The notes: generated from the sequence alone by a model not told the origin. Positions 8,563 to 17,570 are shown, counted from the first letter of the stretch. The stretch is DNA of 64,000 bases from Burkholderiales bacterium (GCA_035560005.1 DATMAN010000031.1:70060-134059); one strand, 5' to 3'. Program-made: numbers and translations.

Positions 8563-9081
8563 ATGCGTAATCGGGACATACGCGTCGTGAGATCCATCAC
8601 CGTTGTCGCACTCTGGCTGACAGTGCATACGGCCGCCGTCTTCGCCGAACCGTGGAATCCGGGCGAGGCGCTGGACGTGTGCCTGGAGGCCGCGCTCAAA
8701 CAGCGGCCGGGTGTCGTCACGGCGTGGCGCCAGGCCGGAGGCGGGGACAAACCTCCGTATGCGGTGAGCGTGCTGAACGCGGACGGCAGGATCGCGGAGG
8801 CCACCTGTGATCCGACCAATCCCGCGAGCCTGCAGTTCAAGGACAAAGGCGGGCTGTACCGTTACGAGATGTACCGGCGCGCAACGTTTCCTGAGGCCAA
8901 GGCTCGCAGTGCAGCGCCGGAGATCTTCGTGGGTCCGGTCCGAATCATCGCAATGGACCTGAGGGTCAGCTTCACCGGCAAACCGCATTTCGTCTATCAG
9001 ATGTTCCTGCCAAGCGGTCACAAGGCGGTGGTGAGCGTCGAGGCGACGGTCGGCCGGCTGACGAAAGCCGAGGTGGAGTGA
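8563..9081 (+). CDS. Secreted protein, possibly two PepSY-like repeats
   Basis: Signal peptide (ITVVALWLTVHTAAVFA). Two units of the pattern A..A......G.V........Y.V.....G, each ending in V.V-type strands. The domain call is tentative. Confidence 0.55.
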   Translation: MRNRDIRVVRSITVVALWLTVHTAAVFAEPWNPGEALDVCLEAALKQRPGVVTAWRQAGGGDKPPYAVSVLNADGRIAEATCDPTNPASLQFKDKGGLYRYEMYRRATFPEAKARSAAPEIFVGPVRIIAMDLRVSFTGKPHFVYQMFLPSGHKAVVSVEATVGRLTKAEVE

Positions 9082-9327
9082 AGACGGGCGTGCCATGCGG
9101 CCGGCGCCGGCCGGGGCTTTCCACGGAGGGAAATCGTGCGAGCGGCCAGCGGCGATCGCTCGGCGTGGGCGACTGCTAATGCCTTCTGTCGCTGACGAAA
9201 ATCCTGTCCGTTCGGGACCGCTGGAGAATCTCAACAGTCCCTGCGCGTGAGCGGTCTGATTCTTGCATCGAATCGTGCAGCCACGCCGCGAAATCGCATT
9301 CCGTATTTTTCCCAACCTTCCGACAAC

Positions 9328-9909
9328 ATGACCTGGACGCGTTTGTTCGCGCGCTCTTCCTCCCGGCGCGTTTCGCCGTGGTCGCGCTGGTGGAACGACC
9401 TGCGCTTCCTCTGGCACACCCGGCGCAAGGCGCCGTGGATCGCCGCGTTCGCGCTCTGTCTGGTCGTCGCGACCTTTGTCTCCCTGATGCATTTCCTCGT
9501 GTCCAGGGACGCAGTGCACCGCGAACTGAATTGCCTGGCGCTGAACGTGTACTACGAGGCGCGCGGCGAACCCCTGGCCGGGCAGTACGCCGTGGCGGAA
9601 GTCACCATGAATCGCGTGGCGTCGTGGCGCTATCCATCCACGGTGTGCGAAGTGGTCTATCAGAAAAGGTGGGACTATCTGCGCAAGCGCTACGTGAGCG
9701 CGTTCTCATGGACCGAGTTCGAGGTGGTGCCTCATCCCGAGGGCGAGGAGTGGGAGCGGGCCCGGGAGATCGCCAGGGCGGTCTATCATGGCCACCACCG
9801 GCCCACGCTCAATGGTGCCGTGCTCTATCACGCGACCTACATCAAGCCGAGCTGGGCGCGCGGCAAGCGACACGTCGCCAAGATCGGAAATCACGTCTTC
9901 TACAGGTAA
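9328..9909 (+). CDS. Cell wall hydrolase, SleB/Hydrolase_2 family, with N-terminal membrane anchor
   Basis: LNCLALNVYYEARGEPLAGQYAVAEVTMNRV..YHATYIKPSWA. A transmembrane segment (WIAAFALCLVVATFVSLMHF) precedes the domain. Confidence 0.8.
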   Translation: MTWTRLFARSSSRRVSPWSRWWNDLRFLWHTRRKAPWIAAFALCLVVATFVSLMHFLVSRDAVHRELNCLALNVYYEARGEPLAGQYAVAEVTMNRVASWRYPSTVCEVVYQKRWDYLRKRYVSAFSWTEFEVVPHPEGEEWERAREIARAVYHGHHRPTLNGAVLYHATYIKPSWARGKRHVAKIGNHVFYR

Positions 9910-10066
9910 GGTCGGCGTCACGGGCTCCCGCTTGAGTCGAGTCCGGATGCAAGGCATTATCGCGGCACGCGACGATCGGTCGTCGCTCAACTGAACAACA
10001 GCCGGCGGCTGCTGCGCGCGGCACGACGGCGAGCTGAACCTGGCCAAACGGTTCGAGGAGGAGACC

Positions 10067-11374
10067 ATGCACGTCCGGAACGTCTGCGGCCGCGTGCTTG
10101 CGGCGGCGTTGCTTGCGGCTGTGAGCCTGGGTGCGGCCGCGCTTGCGCAAGCGAAGGAAGTGAAGATCGGCGTCATCTACGACTACACCGGGCCCTTCGC
10201 CGCGGGTGGATCGCTTGCCGCGGCCATCGGCACCAAGATCGCGATCGACATGATCAACGAGCGTGGCGGGGTCGAGGGCTACAAGATCAACGCCATCTAT
10301 GCCGACGCGCAATCCAAGGCAGAAGTAGCGATCAACGAAGCCACGCGCCTGCTCGAACAGGAAAAGGTTCATCTGATCATGGGCGTGTACTCGAGCGCCC
10401 ACTGCGTTCCCATGGCGCAGAAAGTGGATGCCGCCAAGAAGTTCATGTGGGCCAACGTGTGCACCGCCTCCACGGTATTCAGGGGCAAGAACCTGCGTTA
10501 CGTCTTCCGCCCGCAGGTGCACACGGATCAGTTCGGACTCGCTTCCTGCAGCTTCCTGAACGAGAACACCAGGACGCGGCTCAACAAGGACCCCAAGGCG
10601 CTGCGGGTAGCGATCATCTACGAGGACGGGCCGTACGGCGCCGGCGTGGCGGCCGGCAACGAGGAAGTCTGCAAGAAGTTCGGAATGCAGGTGGTGCTCA
10701 AGGAAGGCTATTCGGCGACCGCTCCGGATCTCTCCAGCCTGGTCACGAAGCTGCGCCGCGCACGCGCGGACGTGATCCTGCACACCGGCTACAACCCCGA
10801 CATCACGCTGTTCTGGCGGCAGGCGCGCGAGCAGGGCTTGAAATGGGCGGCGCTGATCGGCCACGGCGCGGGATACGCCCAGTTCGATCGGCTGCGCGAG
10901 ACGCTGGGTCGTGACGCCGAGTACATCATGGACGTGGATCCGGTGCCCGCCCAGTTGCTGGACCCGAAGACCCTCGCACCCGGACTTGGCCAGCTCATCC
11001 AGGAAATGGTCAAGCGCTACAAGGCCGAGGTGAAGGCCGACGAGTTGCCGCCGCACGTCTCGATGGGGTTCAACCAGACCTGGATCTTCCTGACGGACGT
11101 GCTCCCGCGCGCGATCAGGAAATATGGCGGAATCGATCCGGAGGCGCTGCGCAAGGCGGCGCTCGACACCGATATTCCGGACGGGGGCACGATCCAGGGG
11201 TACGGCGTGAAGTTCTACCCGCCGGGTCACGAAATGTCGGGACAGAACGAACGCTCGTTTCCGGTGGTCATCCAGTACGTCGGCGGCGATTCCAAGGTCA
11301 TCTGGCCGGCGCGGCTGCGCACCGCCGAACCGGTGTTCCCCTGGCCGAAGACACACAGTTACTCGAATCAGTAA
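10067..11374 (+). CDS. ABC transporter substrate-binding protein (LivJ/LivK-type, type I periplasmic binding fold)
   Basis: Signal peptide, then KEVKIGVIYDYTGPFAAGG..AIDMINERGGV.. GAGGAGGAG RBS. Confidence 0.9.
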   Translation: MHVRNVCGRVLAAALLAAVSLGAAALAQAKEVKIGVIYDYTGPFAAGGSLAAAIGTKIAIDMINERGGVEGYKINAIYADAQSKAEVAINEATRLLEQEKVHLIMGVYSSAHCVPMAQKVDAAKKFMWANVCTASTVFRGKNLRYVFRPQVHTDQFGLASCSFLNENTRTRLNKDPKALRVAIIYEDGPYGAGVAAGNEEVCKKFGMQVVLKEGYSATAPDLSSLVTKLRRARADVILHTGYNPDITLFWRQAREQGLKWAALIGHGAGYAQFDRLRETLGRDAEYIMDVDPVPAQLLDPKTLAPGLGQLIQEMVKRYKAEVKADELPPHVSMGFNQTWIFLTDVLPRAIRKYGGIDPEALRKAALDTDIPDGGTIQGYGVKFYPPGHEMSGQNERSFPVVIQYVGGDSKVIWPARLRTAEPVFPWPKTHSYSNQ

Positions 11375-11466
11375 TGCAGTGACGGATAACAAGCGATGAG
11401 CGACGCAATGACTGCGAATCGCGACAGCGCGCATCGCGCGTCTCCGTTCGCCGGTCACGGATTCTG

Positions 11467-12225
11467 ATGCTCGCGGTCAGCGGACTGACGAAGCGCTTCG
11501 GCGGGTTCACCGCCGTCAATCGCGTCTCCTTCGAGGTCAAGGAGGGCGAGATCCTCGGCCTGATCGGCCCCAACGGCTCGGGCAAGAGCACCATATTCAA
11601 CCTCATAGCCGGCGCGCTCGTGCCCACGGCCGGCTCGATCCGGTTTCTGGGGCGTGAGATCGCCGGTGAGCCCGCGTATCGCGTCGCCCACCACGGCATC
11701 GGACGCACCTATCAGCTTCCACGTCCTTTCCGGCGCCTGTCGATCCTCGAGAACGTCGCGCTCGCCGCCTACTACGGGCAAGCCGAGCGCCCCACCCGCG
11801 AGCAGGCCTTCGCCCAGGCGGCAGAGATCCTGGAGCTCGTGCGGCTTCGCGCGCAACCCGATGCGCGCGTCGACGGGTTGGGCGCGGCGGGCCTGAAGAA
11901 GCTCGAGCTGGCGCGCGCGCTCGCAACCAGGCCGAAGTTGCTGCTGGCCGATGAATCGCTCGGCGGGCTCGACGAACAGGAGATGAAGCAGGCCGCGGAG
12001 ATGCTGGTCGATGTGCGCGCGCGGCGCGGCGTTACCATCGTGTGGGTCGAGCACATCATGGGCGTGCTGATGCGTGTGGTGGACCGCTGCGTGGTGCTCG
12101 ACCATGGCGAGGTGATCGCCGAGGGCAGACCCGAGCAGGTGGCGCACGACCCGAAAGTCATCGAGGTTTACCTCGGCACGGAGGCCAGCGACGTCCAGGC
12201 CACCGTTGCGGCGAGGAACGGCTGA
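11467..12225 (+). CDS. livG: Branched-chain-amino-acid-type ABC transporter ATP-binding protein (LivG-like)
   Basis: Walker A GPNGSGKST, signature motif and Walker B LLLADE. LivG-type C-terminal tail DPKVIEVYLG. Confidence 0.9.
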   Translation: MLAVSGLTKRFGGFTAVNRVSFEVKEGEILGLIGPNGSGKSTIFNLIAGALVPTAGSIRFLGREIAGEPAYRVAHHGIGRTYQLPRPFRRLSILENVALAAYYGQAERPTREQAFAQAAEILELVRLRAQPDARVDGLGAAGLKKLELARALATRPKLLLADESLGGLDEQEMKQAAEMLVDVRARRGVTIVWVEHIMGVLMRVVDRCVVLDHGEVIAEGRPEQVAHDPKVIEVYLGTEASDVQATVAARNG

Positions 12226-12929
12226 TGCTGGTTTTGAGCAAGGTCTCCGCGGGCTACGGCGGCTTTCAGGCGCTGTTCGACGTGAGCCTCGAGGTCAAGG
12301 CGGGTGAGACCGTTGCGGTGATCGGCCCCAATGGCGCGGGCAAGACGACGCTGTTGCGGGTAATCTCGCGGCTGATCGACGCGACTGCCGGAGAGCTCAT
12401 GATGGAAGGCCGGCGTCTGAATGACGTGCCGCCACACGAGGTGGTGGGATGCGGCATTGCGCACGTGCCGGAGAACCGGCGGCTGTTCCCGCGGCTCACC
12501 GTCGAGGAGAACCTGCGCATGGGCGCATTCGTGCCGCAGGCTCGGGCGCTGTGCGTTCAGCGTCTGGAACGCGTCTACCAGTTGTTTCCGCGCATGAAGG
12601 AGCGCCGGCATCAGCCGGCCGGAACGCTTTCCGGTGGCGAGCAGCAGATGTGCGCCATCGGCCGGGCCCTCATGTCCGGCCCGCGGCTGCTGCTGCTCGA
12701 CGAACCTTCGGCGGGACTGGCGCCGGTCGTGGTGCAGGCGATCTTCGAGTCCGTGCGCCGGATGAGCGCGGAGGGCTATACCGTGTTGATCGTCGAGCAG
12801 AACATCCGCCAGGTACTCAAGATCGCCACCCGCGGCTACCTGCTCGAAACCGGGCGCATCCGCGCCGCCGGCACGGCCGCGCAACTGCTCGACACCGACG
12901 AACTCAAGAAAGCTTACCTGGGACTCTGA
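12225..12929 (+). CDS. livF: Branched-chain-amino-acid-type ABC transporter ATP-binding protein (LivF-like)
   Basis: TGATG overlap with livG. GPNGAGKTT, LSGGEQQM, LLLLDEPS. Ends KKAYLGL. Confidence 0.9.
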   Translation: MLVLSKVSAGYGGFQALFDVSLEVKAGETVAVIGPNGAGKTTLLRVISRLIDATAGELMMEGRRLNDVPPHEVVGCGIAHVPENRRLFPRLTVEENLRMGAFVPQARALCVQRLERVYQLFPRMKERRHQPAGTLSGGEQQMCAIGRALMSGPRLLLLDEPSAGLAPVVVQAIFESVRRMSAEGYTVLIVEQNIRQVLKIATRGYLLETGRIRAAGTAAQLLDTDELKKAYLGL

Positions 12930-12933
12930 CACG

Positions 12934-13071
12934 AAGAGCCAAACACGAAGGCACGAAGGAAACTCACTGGGAGAATAACGGAACACGCGGGCCGGAATAT
13001 GTTGTCTGATTTCATTGGGCATTCTTGTATTCGTTTTTCTTCGTACCTTCGTGTCTTCGTATTTCGCTCTT
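12934..13071. repeat. Imperfect inverted repeat inside the liv-type operon. The 26-nt arms (12934-12959 and 13046-13071) match at 23/26 and are separated by 86 nt.
   Basis: Left arm aagagccaaacacgaaggcacgaagg. Reverse complement of the right arm aagagcgaaatacgaagacacgaagg. Three ACGAAG hexamers per side (12931, 12945, 12953 on +; 13039, 13047, 13055 on -). The segment is low in G+C. Confidence 0.6.
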
Positions 13072-13099
13072 TGGGTTTGATCGTGCTGTCCAATAGCAA

Positions 13100-13969
13100 A
13101 TGGAGATCTTCGACATCTTTCTGCTGGAAGCGGTGGTCAACGGCGTGCTGCTGGGCGGCATCCTGGCGCTGCTGGCGCTGGGGCTGAACCTGATCTTCGG
13201 CGTGATCGACGTGGTGTGGATCTGCTACGCCGAGCTGATCATGATCGGCATGTACGCTGTGTACTACCTGCACGTCGAGTATTCCTGGCCGTTGTGGCTG
13301 GCCTTCGCTGCGGCCGTCGCGATGGTCTCGGTGCTGGGCATGGCGCTGCACCAGTTCGTGATCCGGCCGGTGCTCTCCGCCGAGCCGATCAATCAGCTGC
13401 TGGTCACTGGAGGCGTGCTCTTCCTGCTGCAGGGCGCGGCTACGCTCGCCTTCGGCGTGGAGTTCCGCAATCTCGGCGTCAAGTTGCCTACCTTCGAGTT
13501 GAGCGGGATGTTTCTCAGTGTGGCGCGACTGACCGCTTTCGCGATCGCGCTGGGTTGCATGATTGCCGTATACGCCTTCCTCAAACGCACGTATCTCGGC
13601 ACCGCGATCCGCGCCATCTCGCAGGACCGCGGGATCATGCCGCTGATGGGCGTGAATCCGAGCCACATCTTTCTGATCACGTCCGCGCTGGGTGGGGCGC
13701 TGGCCGGGGTCGCCGCCTGCCTCCTGGTGCTTCAGTACGACATCCACCCGGCGATCGGACTTTCGTTCGGGCCGATCGCCTTCCTGGTATGCGTGCTGGG
13801 CGGGCTCGGAAACATGATCGGCGGGTTTCTCGCGGCGTTCATCTTCGCCCAGTTCATTTCCGTGGGCGGGTATTTCTTCCACCTCGAGTGGGGCTACGTG
13901 CTGGCCTTCCTGTTCTTCATCGGTTTCATGTTCTGGCGGCCGCAGGGTTTGCTCGGAGGCAAGGCATGA
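13100..13969 (+). CDS. livH: Branched-chain-amino-acid-type ABC transporter permease (LivH-like)
   Basis: MEIFDIFLLEAVVNGVLLGGILALLALGLNLIFGV.. Polytopic membrane protein. No obvious RBS; the start directly follows the inverted-repeat element. Confidence 0.9.
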   Translation: MEIFDIFLLEAVVNGVLLGGILALLALGLNLIFGVIDVVWICYAELIMIGMYAVYYLHVEYSWPLWLAFAAAVAMVSVLGMALHQFVIRPVLSAEPINQLLVTGGVLFLLQGAATLAFGVEFRNLGVKLPTFELSGMFLSVARLTAFAIALGCMIAVYAFLKRTYLGTAIRAISQDRGIMPLMGVNPSHIFLITSALGGALAGVAACLLVLQYDIHPAIGLSFGPIAFLVCVLGGLGNMIGGFLAAFIFAQFISVGGYFFHLEWGYVLAFLFFIGFMFWRPQGLLGGKA

Positions 13970-14961
13970 GGCGCGCGCTGCCGTGGATGGGGGTCGCGCT
14001 GCTCGCTGCCGCGCCGCTTTCCGGCATGGGCAACTACCCGCTGCACCTGATGATCATGTGCCTGCTCTGGGCATTCGTTTATACGAGCTGGGCGTTGATG
14101 GGGCGGTTGGGGATGACCAGCCTGGGCCACGGTGCTTTTCTGGCGATCGGCGCCTACGGGGTGGTCATGGCCTGGAATCTGTTCTCGGTTTCCCCCTGGC
14201 TGTCGCTGCCGTTGCTGCTGGCGATCACCGCGCTGGTCGCATTCCTGATCGGGTATCCGTGCTTCCGGCTGAAGATCGTCGGGCACTACTTCGCGCTGGT
14301 CACGCTGGCGCTTGGAGAAGTCGCGCGCATGATCATTGTGGCGCTTCGGGACCAGACCGGCGGCTCGCTAGGCGCTACGCCCAACACCGCGCTCGCCGAC
14401 GCCGCGTGGTCGCTCTCGGCCCTACAGTTTTCCTCCAAGCTCGTCTGGTTCTACATCATCCTCGGCTTCTGGCTCTTCGGGCTCTGGGTGTGGGCTAGGA
14501 TCGACCGCTCGATGGCGCGGCTTGCGCTCGAGGCCATCAGCCAGGAGGAGGACGCCGCGGCATCGGTCGGGATGAACGTCACCCGGCTCAAGCTCGGTGT
14601 CACGATCGTCTCGGCGCTGATGACGTGCGTAGGCGGTGCGCTCTACGCGCAGTACCAGCTCTATGTGAATCCGGAAACGGTCTCGGGAATCGGCGTCAGC
14701 CTGCAGATGGTCTTTGGCGCGATCGCCGGCGGCATGTTCGTGCGCCTGGGCCCGACGGTGGGTGCGGTGTTCACGCTCTTGCTGGCGGAAGCGCTGCGCC
14801 TCGCGCTCGGACACGACATACACGGTCTCGATGTCACGCTCTACGGGCTCATGCTGGTGCTGTTCATCATCTTCATGCCCAAGGGCATCCTCGGCGCGGC
14901 CATCGCCGCGCTGGAGGAGCGTCGTGCGCCCAAGCCTTTACCCGCCACCTTGACGAGATAA
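13966..14961 (+). CDS. livM: Branched-chain-amino-acid-type ABC transporter permease (LivM-like)
   Basis: ATGA overlap with livH. ..TSLGHGAFLAIGAYGV.. Polytopic membrane protein. Confidence 0.9.
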   Translation: MRRALPWMGVALLAAAPLSGMGNYPLHLMIMCLLWAFVYTSWALMGRLGMTSLGHGAFLAIGAYGVVMAWNLFSVSPWLSLPLLLAITALVAFLIGYPCFRLKIVGHYFALVTLALGEVARMIIVALRDQTGGSLGATPNTALADAAWSLSALQFSSKLVWFYIILGFWLFGLWVWARIDRSMARLALEAISQEEDAAASVGMNVTRLKLGVTIVSALMTCVGGALYAQYQLYVNPETVSGIGVSLQMVFGAIAGGMFVRLGPTVGAVFTLLLAEALRLALGHDIHGLDVTLYGLMLVLFIIFMPKGILGAAIAALEERRAPKPLPATLTR

Positions 14962-14998
14962 TTCGAACCGCGATCGCTTCAGTCGGCCGCACGCTTTT

Positions 14999-15018
14999 GC
15001 ATGCTGTATTCAGAATGC
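14999..15018. promoter_or_regulatory. Candidate GntR-family operator: 20-bp imperfect palindrome, 33 nt upstream of the GntR start
   Basis: gcatgctgtattcagaatgc is self-complementary at 16/20. It shares the 13-mer attcagaatgcta (15008-15020) with the site at 17308-17320. Confidence 0.45.
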
Positions 15019-15050
15019 TAAACTCGTGCTGTTGAAATAGAGAGGCCGCA

Positions 15051-15770
15051 GTGAAGGCACTTCCGCATCAACCAACGCTGGTCGATCAAGTCTACGAGGC
15101 GATCCTGTCGGAGATCTCAGCGGGCAAGTTCGCGCACGATAGCCGGCTGATTCAGGAAGAACTCGCCGAGTCGCTGGGTGTGTCGCGTCAGCCGATACAG
15201 CAGGCGCTGCTGCTGCTGAAGAGCCACGGCATCCTGCGCGATGCACCCGGGCGCGGATTGATGGTGGCGCCGCTGGAAGCCGAATTCGTGCGCAATCTGT
15301 ACGAGGTTCGGGGCGTGCTCGACGGGCTCGCCAGCAGCAAGGCGGCGGAACGCGCAGCCGTCACCGCCCGCAAGGAGGGCCCTGCCTTCATCAAACGCGG
15401 CCGCGAAGCGGTGGCCAGCCGTTCGATCCCGAAGATGATCGCGGCCGACATGGACTTCCATTTCTTCCTCTACGGCTTGTCGAGAAACCCGCTGATCGCC
15501 GAAGCCAGTTCGCCCTATTGGAGCTACCTGCGGCGAGTGATGGGTGAGGTGCTTCTGTACGACGAGACACCGGCAGAGATCTGGGACCAGCACGAGGCCA
15601 TTCTCGATGCGGTCATCGCAGCCGACCCGCAAAAAGCAGGGCAATTGGCGCGCGAGCACATCGCCCAGGCATCGGACACGATCACCGAGCGACTGGCGGC
15701 GCGGGCACCTGCCGGGCCGGCTCGCGTTGCATTGACGCGCGTGCGGCGCAGGCGCGCCCAGGGCGTCTAG
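15051..15770 (+). CDS. GntR family transcriptional regulator (FadR/FCD subfamily)
   Basis: GTG start. wHTH (LIQEELAESLGVSRQPIQQALLLLKSHGILRD) followed by an FCD-like helical C-domain. Confidence 0.9.
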   Translation: MKALPHQPTLVDQVYEAILSEISAGKFAHDSRLIQEELAESLGVSRQPIQQALLLLKSHGILRDAPGRGLMVAPLEAEFVRNLYEVRGVLDGLASSKAAERAAVTARKEGPAFIKRGREAVASRSIPKMIAADMDFHFFLYGLSRNPLIAEASSPYWSYLRRVMGEVLLYDETPAEIWDQHEAILDAVIAADPQKAGQLAREHIAQASDTITERLAARAPAGPARVALTRVRRRRAQGV

Positions 15771-16011
15771 CAAACTTCCGCTGCACACACCGGCGCTGCT
15801 GGACGTGCTGCATCGGCGGCCCTGCAGGCGGGGCGCCGCACCACAGCAACGCGCAATCGGTGTCCGCGCCCTCGCCGCGGCTGGACGGCGACTGCCCGAA
15901 CTTCCCCTACGCGCCTGCGGAAATCGAGGCTTGTCTCACCCCGTGCGCCAAGATGCAGGAGTGTTGTTTCGGCTTTCCCTGAGCCCCGGCCCCAAGTCCC
16001 GAGTCCCGTTC

Positions 16012-17118
16012 TTACATCGCGTACTTTTTCACTGCCGCCTCGTCCCAGTCCAGACCGTTGCCGGGAGTGTCGGGCACGATGGCGTGGCCGTCTTTCGCCA
16101 GGAAGGGCTCGGCGAGGAAGGGCTCGGCCCAGTCGCTCCATTCCAGCCAGTCGGCGGATTCGCTCACGCGCAGCAGTTGCGCGGAGACCGGCGTGTAGAG
16201 GTGGCTCGACAGTGGCAAGCCCGCGGCGCCGGCGATCGCGGCCGAGCGCATCCAGCCGGTGACGCCGCCGATGCGCATGAGATCCGGCATGTAGAGGTCT
16301 GCCGCTTTGGCCAACACCGCCTTGTGGAACTCGCGCGGGCCATAGATGTTCTCGCCGATCTGGATCGGCGTTTTCATGTCGCGCGCGATCTGCGCGCAGC
16401 CTTCGTAGTTGTCGTACACGATCGGCTCTTCGAACCAGTACAGCCCCTGGTCGTCCAGCCCGTGCATGCGCTGCAGCGCCTCTCCGAAGGTGAGCCCCTG
16501 GTTGAAGTCGCTCATCAGGATGATGTCGTCGCCGACCGCGTCGCGCACGATGCGGATCGCCTCGATGTCGTCCTTCAGGCTCGGCCGGCCGAGGCGCATC
16601 TTGATCGCCCTGAAGTTGCCTTCTTCCACCAGCGACCTGGCTTCGGAGGCAAGCTTTTCTTTCGGGATCAGCCACAGGCCGTTGGTGTTGTAGGCGCGGA
16701 CCGGGCCGGGGCTACCCCCGAGCAGGGTCGCGAGCGGCAGGCCGGCGGCACGTGCGAGCGCGTCCCAGATCGCCATGTCGAGCCCGGACAGCGCGATCAA
16801 GGTCATGCCCTGGCGGCCGTTCAGATGCAGCGTCTTCATCGCCCCGCCGTACACGTCGAGCGGCGCGATCGGCTTGCCGATGAACTCCCCGGCGATGTTC
16901 TCGATCACTTGGGCGATCGGCTTCACCGCCTTGTGCACATACGGCTCGAGATAGCTGCGGCCGACCACGCCTTCGCGCGTGTGCACGTCGATCAGGATGA
17001 ACGGCCAGTTCGGATACTCGCCGACCCTGGAGACGATCGGCCGGCGCAGCGGCACGGACAGCGCCTGCACCTGCACGCTTTCCAGCGTGAGCCTGATCGC
17101 AGCGGTTCCGGTTTTCAT
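16012..17118 (-). CDS. Mandelate racemase / muconate lactonizing enzyme family (enolase superfamily) protein
   Basis: Capping domain (FILIDVHTREGVVGRSYLEPY) and barrel (AIKMRLGRP..DFNQGL..WFEEP..). GGAGGA-type RBS. Confidence 0.9.
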   Translation of the reverse strand: MKTGTAAIRLTLESVQVQALSVPLRRPIVSRVGEYPNWPFILIDVHTREGVVGRSYLEPYVHKAVKPIAQVIENIAGEFIGKPIAPLDVYGGAMKTLHLNGRQGMTLIALSGLDMAIWDALARAAGLPLATLLGGSPGPVRAYNTNGLWLIPKEKLASEARSLVEEGNFRAIKMRLGRPSLKDDIEAIRIVRDAVGDDIILMSDFNQGLTFGEALQRMHGLDDQGLYWFEEPIVYDNYEGCAQIARDMKTPIQIGENIYGPREFHKAVLAKAADLYMPDLMRIGGVTGWMRSAAIAGAAGLPLSSHLYTPVSAQLLRVSESADWLEWSDWAEPFLAEPFLAKDGHAIVPDTPGNGLDWDEAAVKKYAM

Positions 17119-17298
17119 TTTTTCAGTCCTCCGTGAAACGATCCTGAAGAACCCAAGTACGCCCGGAACGGTCTCGGCGCAACGCTGACCCCCGGCGAAT
17201 GCTTTTCCCCGTCATAGACCTGCTCAAAGATAAATCCTAAGTCTATGTTTCAAAATAATATGATGAAACCTCAGAAATAAATTCCGCACATCCGCATT

Positions 17299-17318
17299 GC
17301 ATTCGGAATTCAGAATGC
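17299..17318. promoter_or_regulatory. Candidate GntR-family operator: 20-bp near-perfect palindrome in a strongly AT-rich intergenic patch
   Basis: gcattcggaattcagaatgc is self-complementary at 18/20 (GCATTCnGAATTCnGAATGC). The preceding 60 nt (17221-17280) are about 27% G+C by hand count. Confidence 0.5.
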
Positions 17319-17360
17319 TACACTGCACGCCTGTAACGACCCTGAACAGGAGTCTGATTG

Positions 17361-17570
17361 ATGCGACCGCCACCCCCGGACCCGACTCTAGTGTTCCGGG
17401 CCTACGGCAATTCTGTCGAAGATTTCAGCCGGCAAACTCGTCATCGACGCTCGGCTGCGGCAGGAGGAACTGGCCGAGTCGTTGGGCGCTTCGCGCCAGC
17501 CGGTTCAGCACGCGCTGCTTCGCTAAATATGCACACCTGCACACATCCTGCGTGACGCAGCCCAAGCCCT
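17361..17570 (+). pseudogene. Truncated, frameshifted remnant of a second GntR-family gene (N-terminal wHTH only)
   Basis: MRPPPPDPTLV.. (compare MKALPHQPTLV). A 1-nt deletion near 17408 is followed by AILSKISAGKLVIDARLRQEELAESLGASRQPVQHALLR, then TAA at 17524 (compare AILSEISAGKFAHDSRLIQEELAESLGVSRQPIQQALLLLK). Nucleotide similarity continues to about 17570 (catcctgcgtgacgca). Confidence 0.7.

Noticed and set aside
9842-11458. 538-aa minus-strand ORF; likewise the 664-aa ORF at 37086-39080 and the 907-aa and 662-aa ORFs around 42613-45336
   Set aside because: They are antisense to, or upstream in-frame run-ons of, recognisable genes (SBP, MFS, S41 peptidase, transaldolase). The real starts were chosen from signal peptides, RBSs and family N-termini.
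15805-17136. 443-aa plus-strand ORF
   Set aside because: It is antisense to the racemase-family gene, which has clear enolase-superfamily motifs. Its Arg/Ala/Gly/Pro-rich, low-complexity translation is typical of shadow ORFs in high-G+C DNA.
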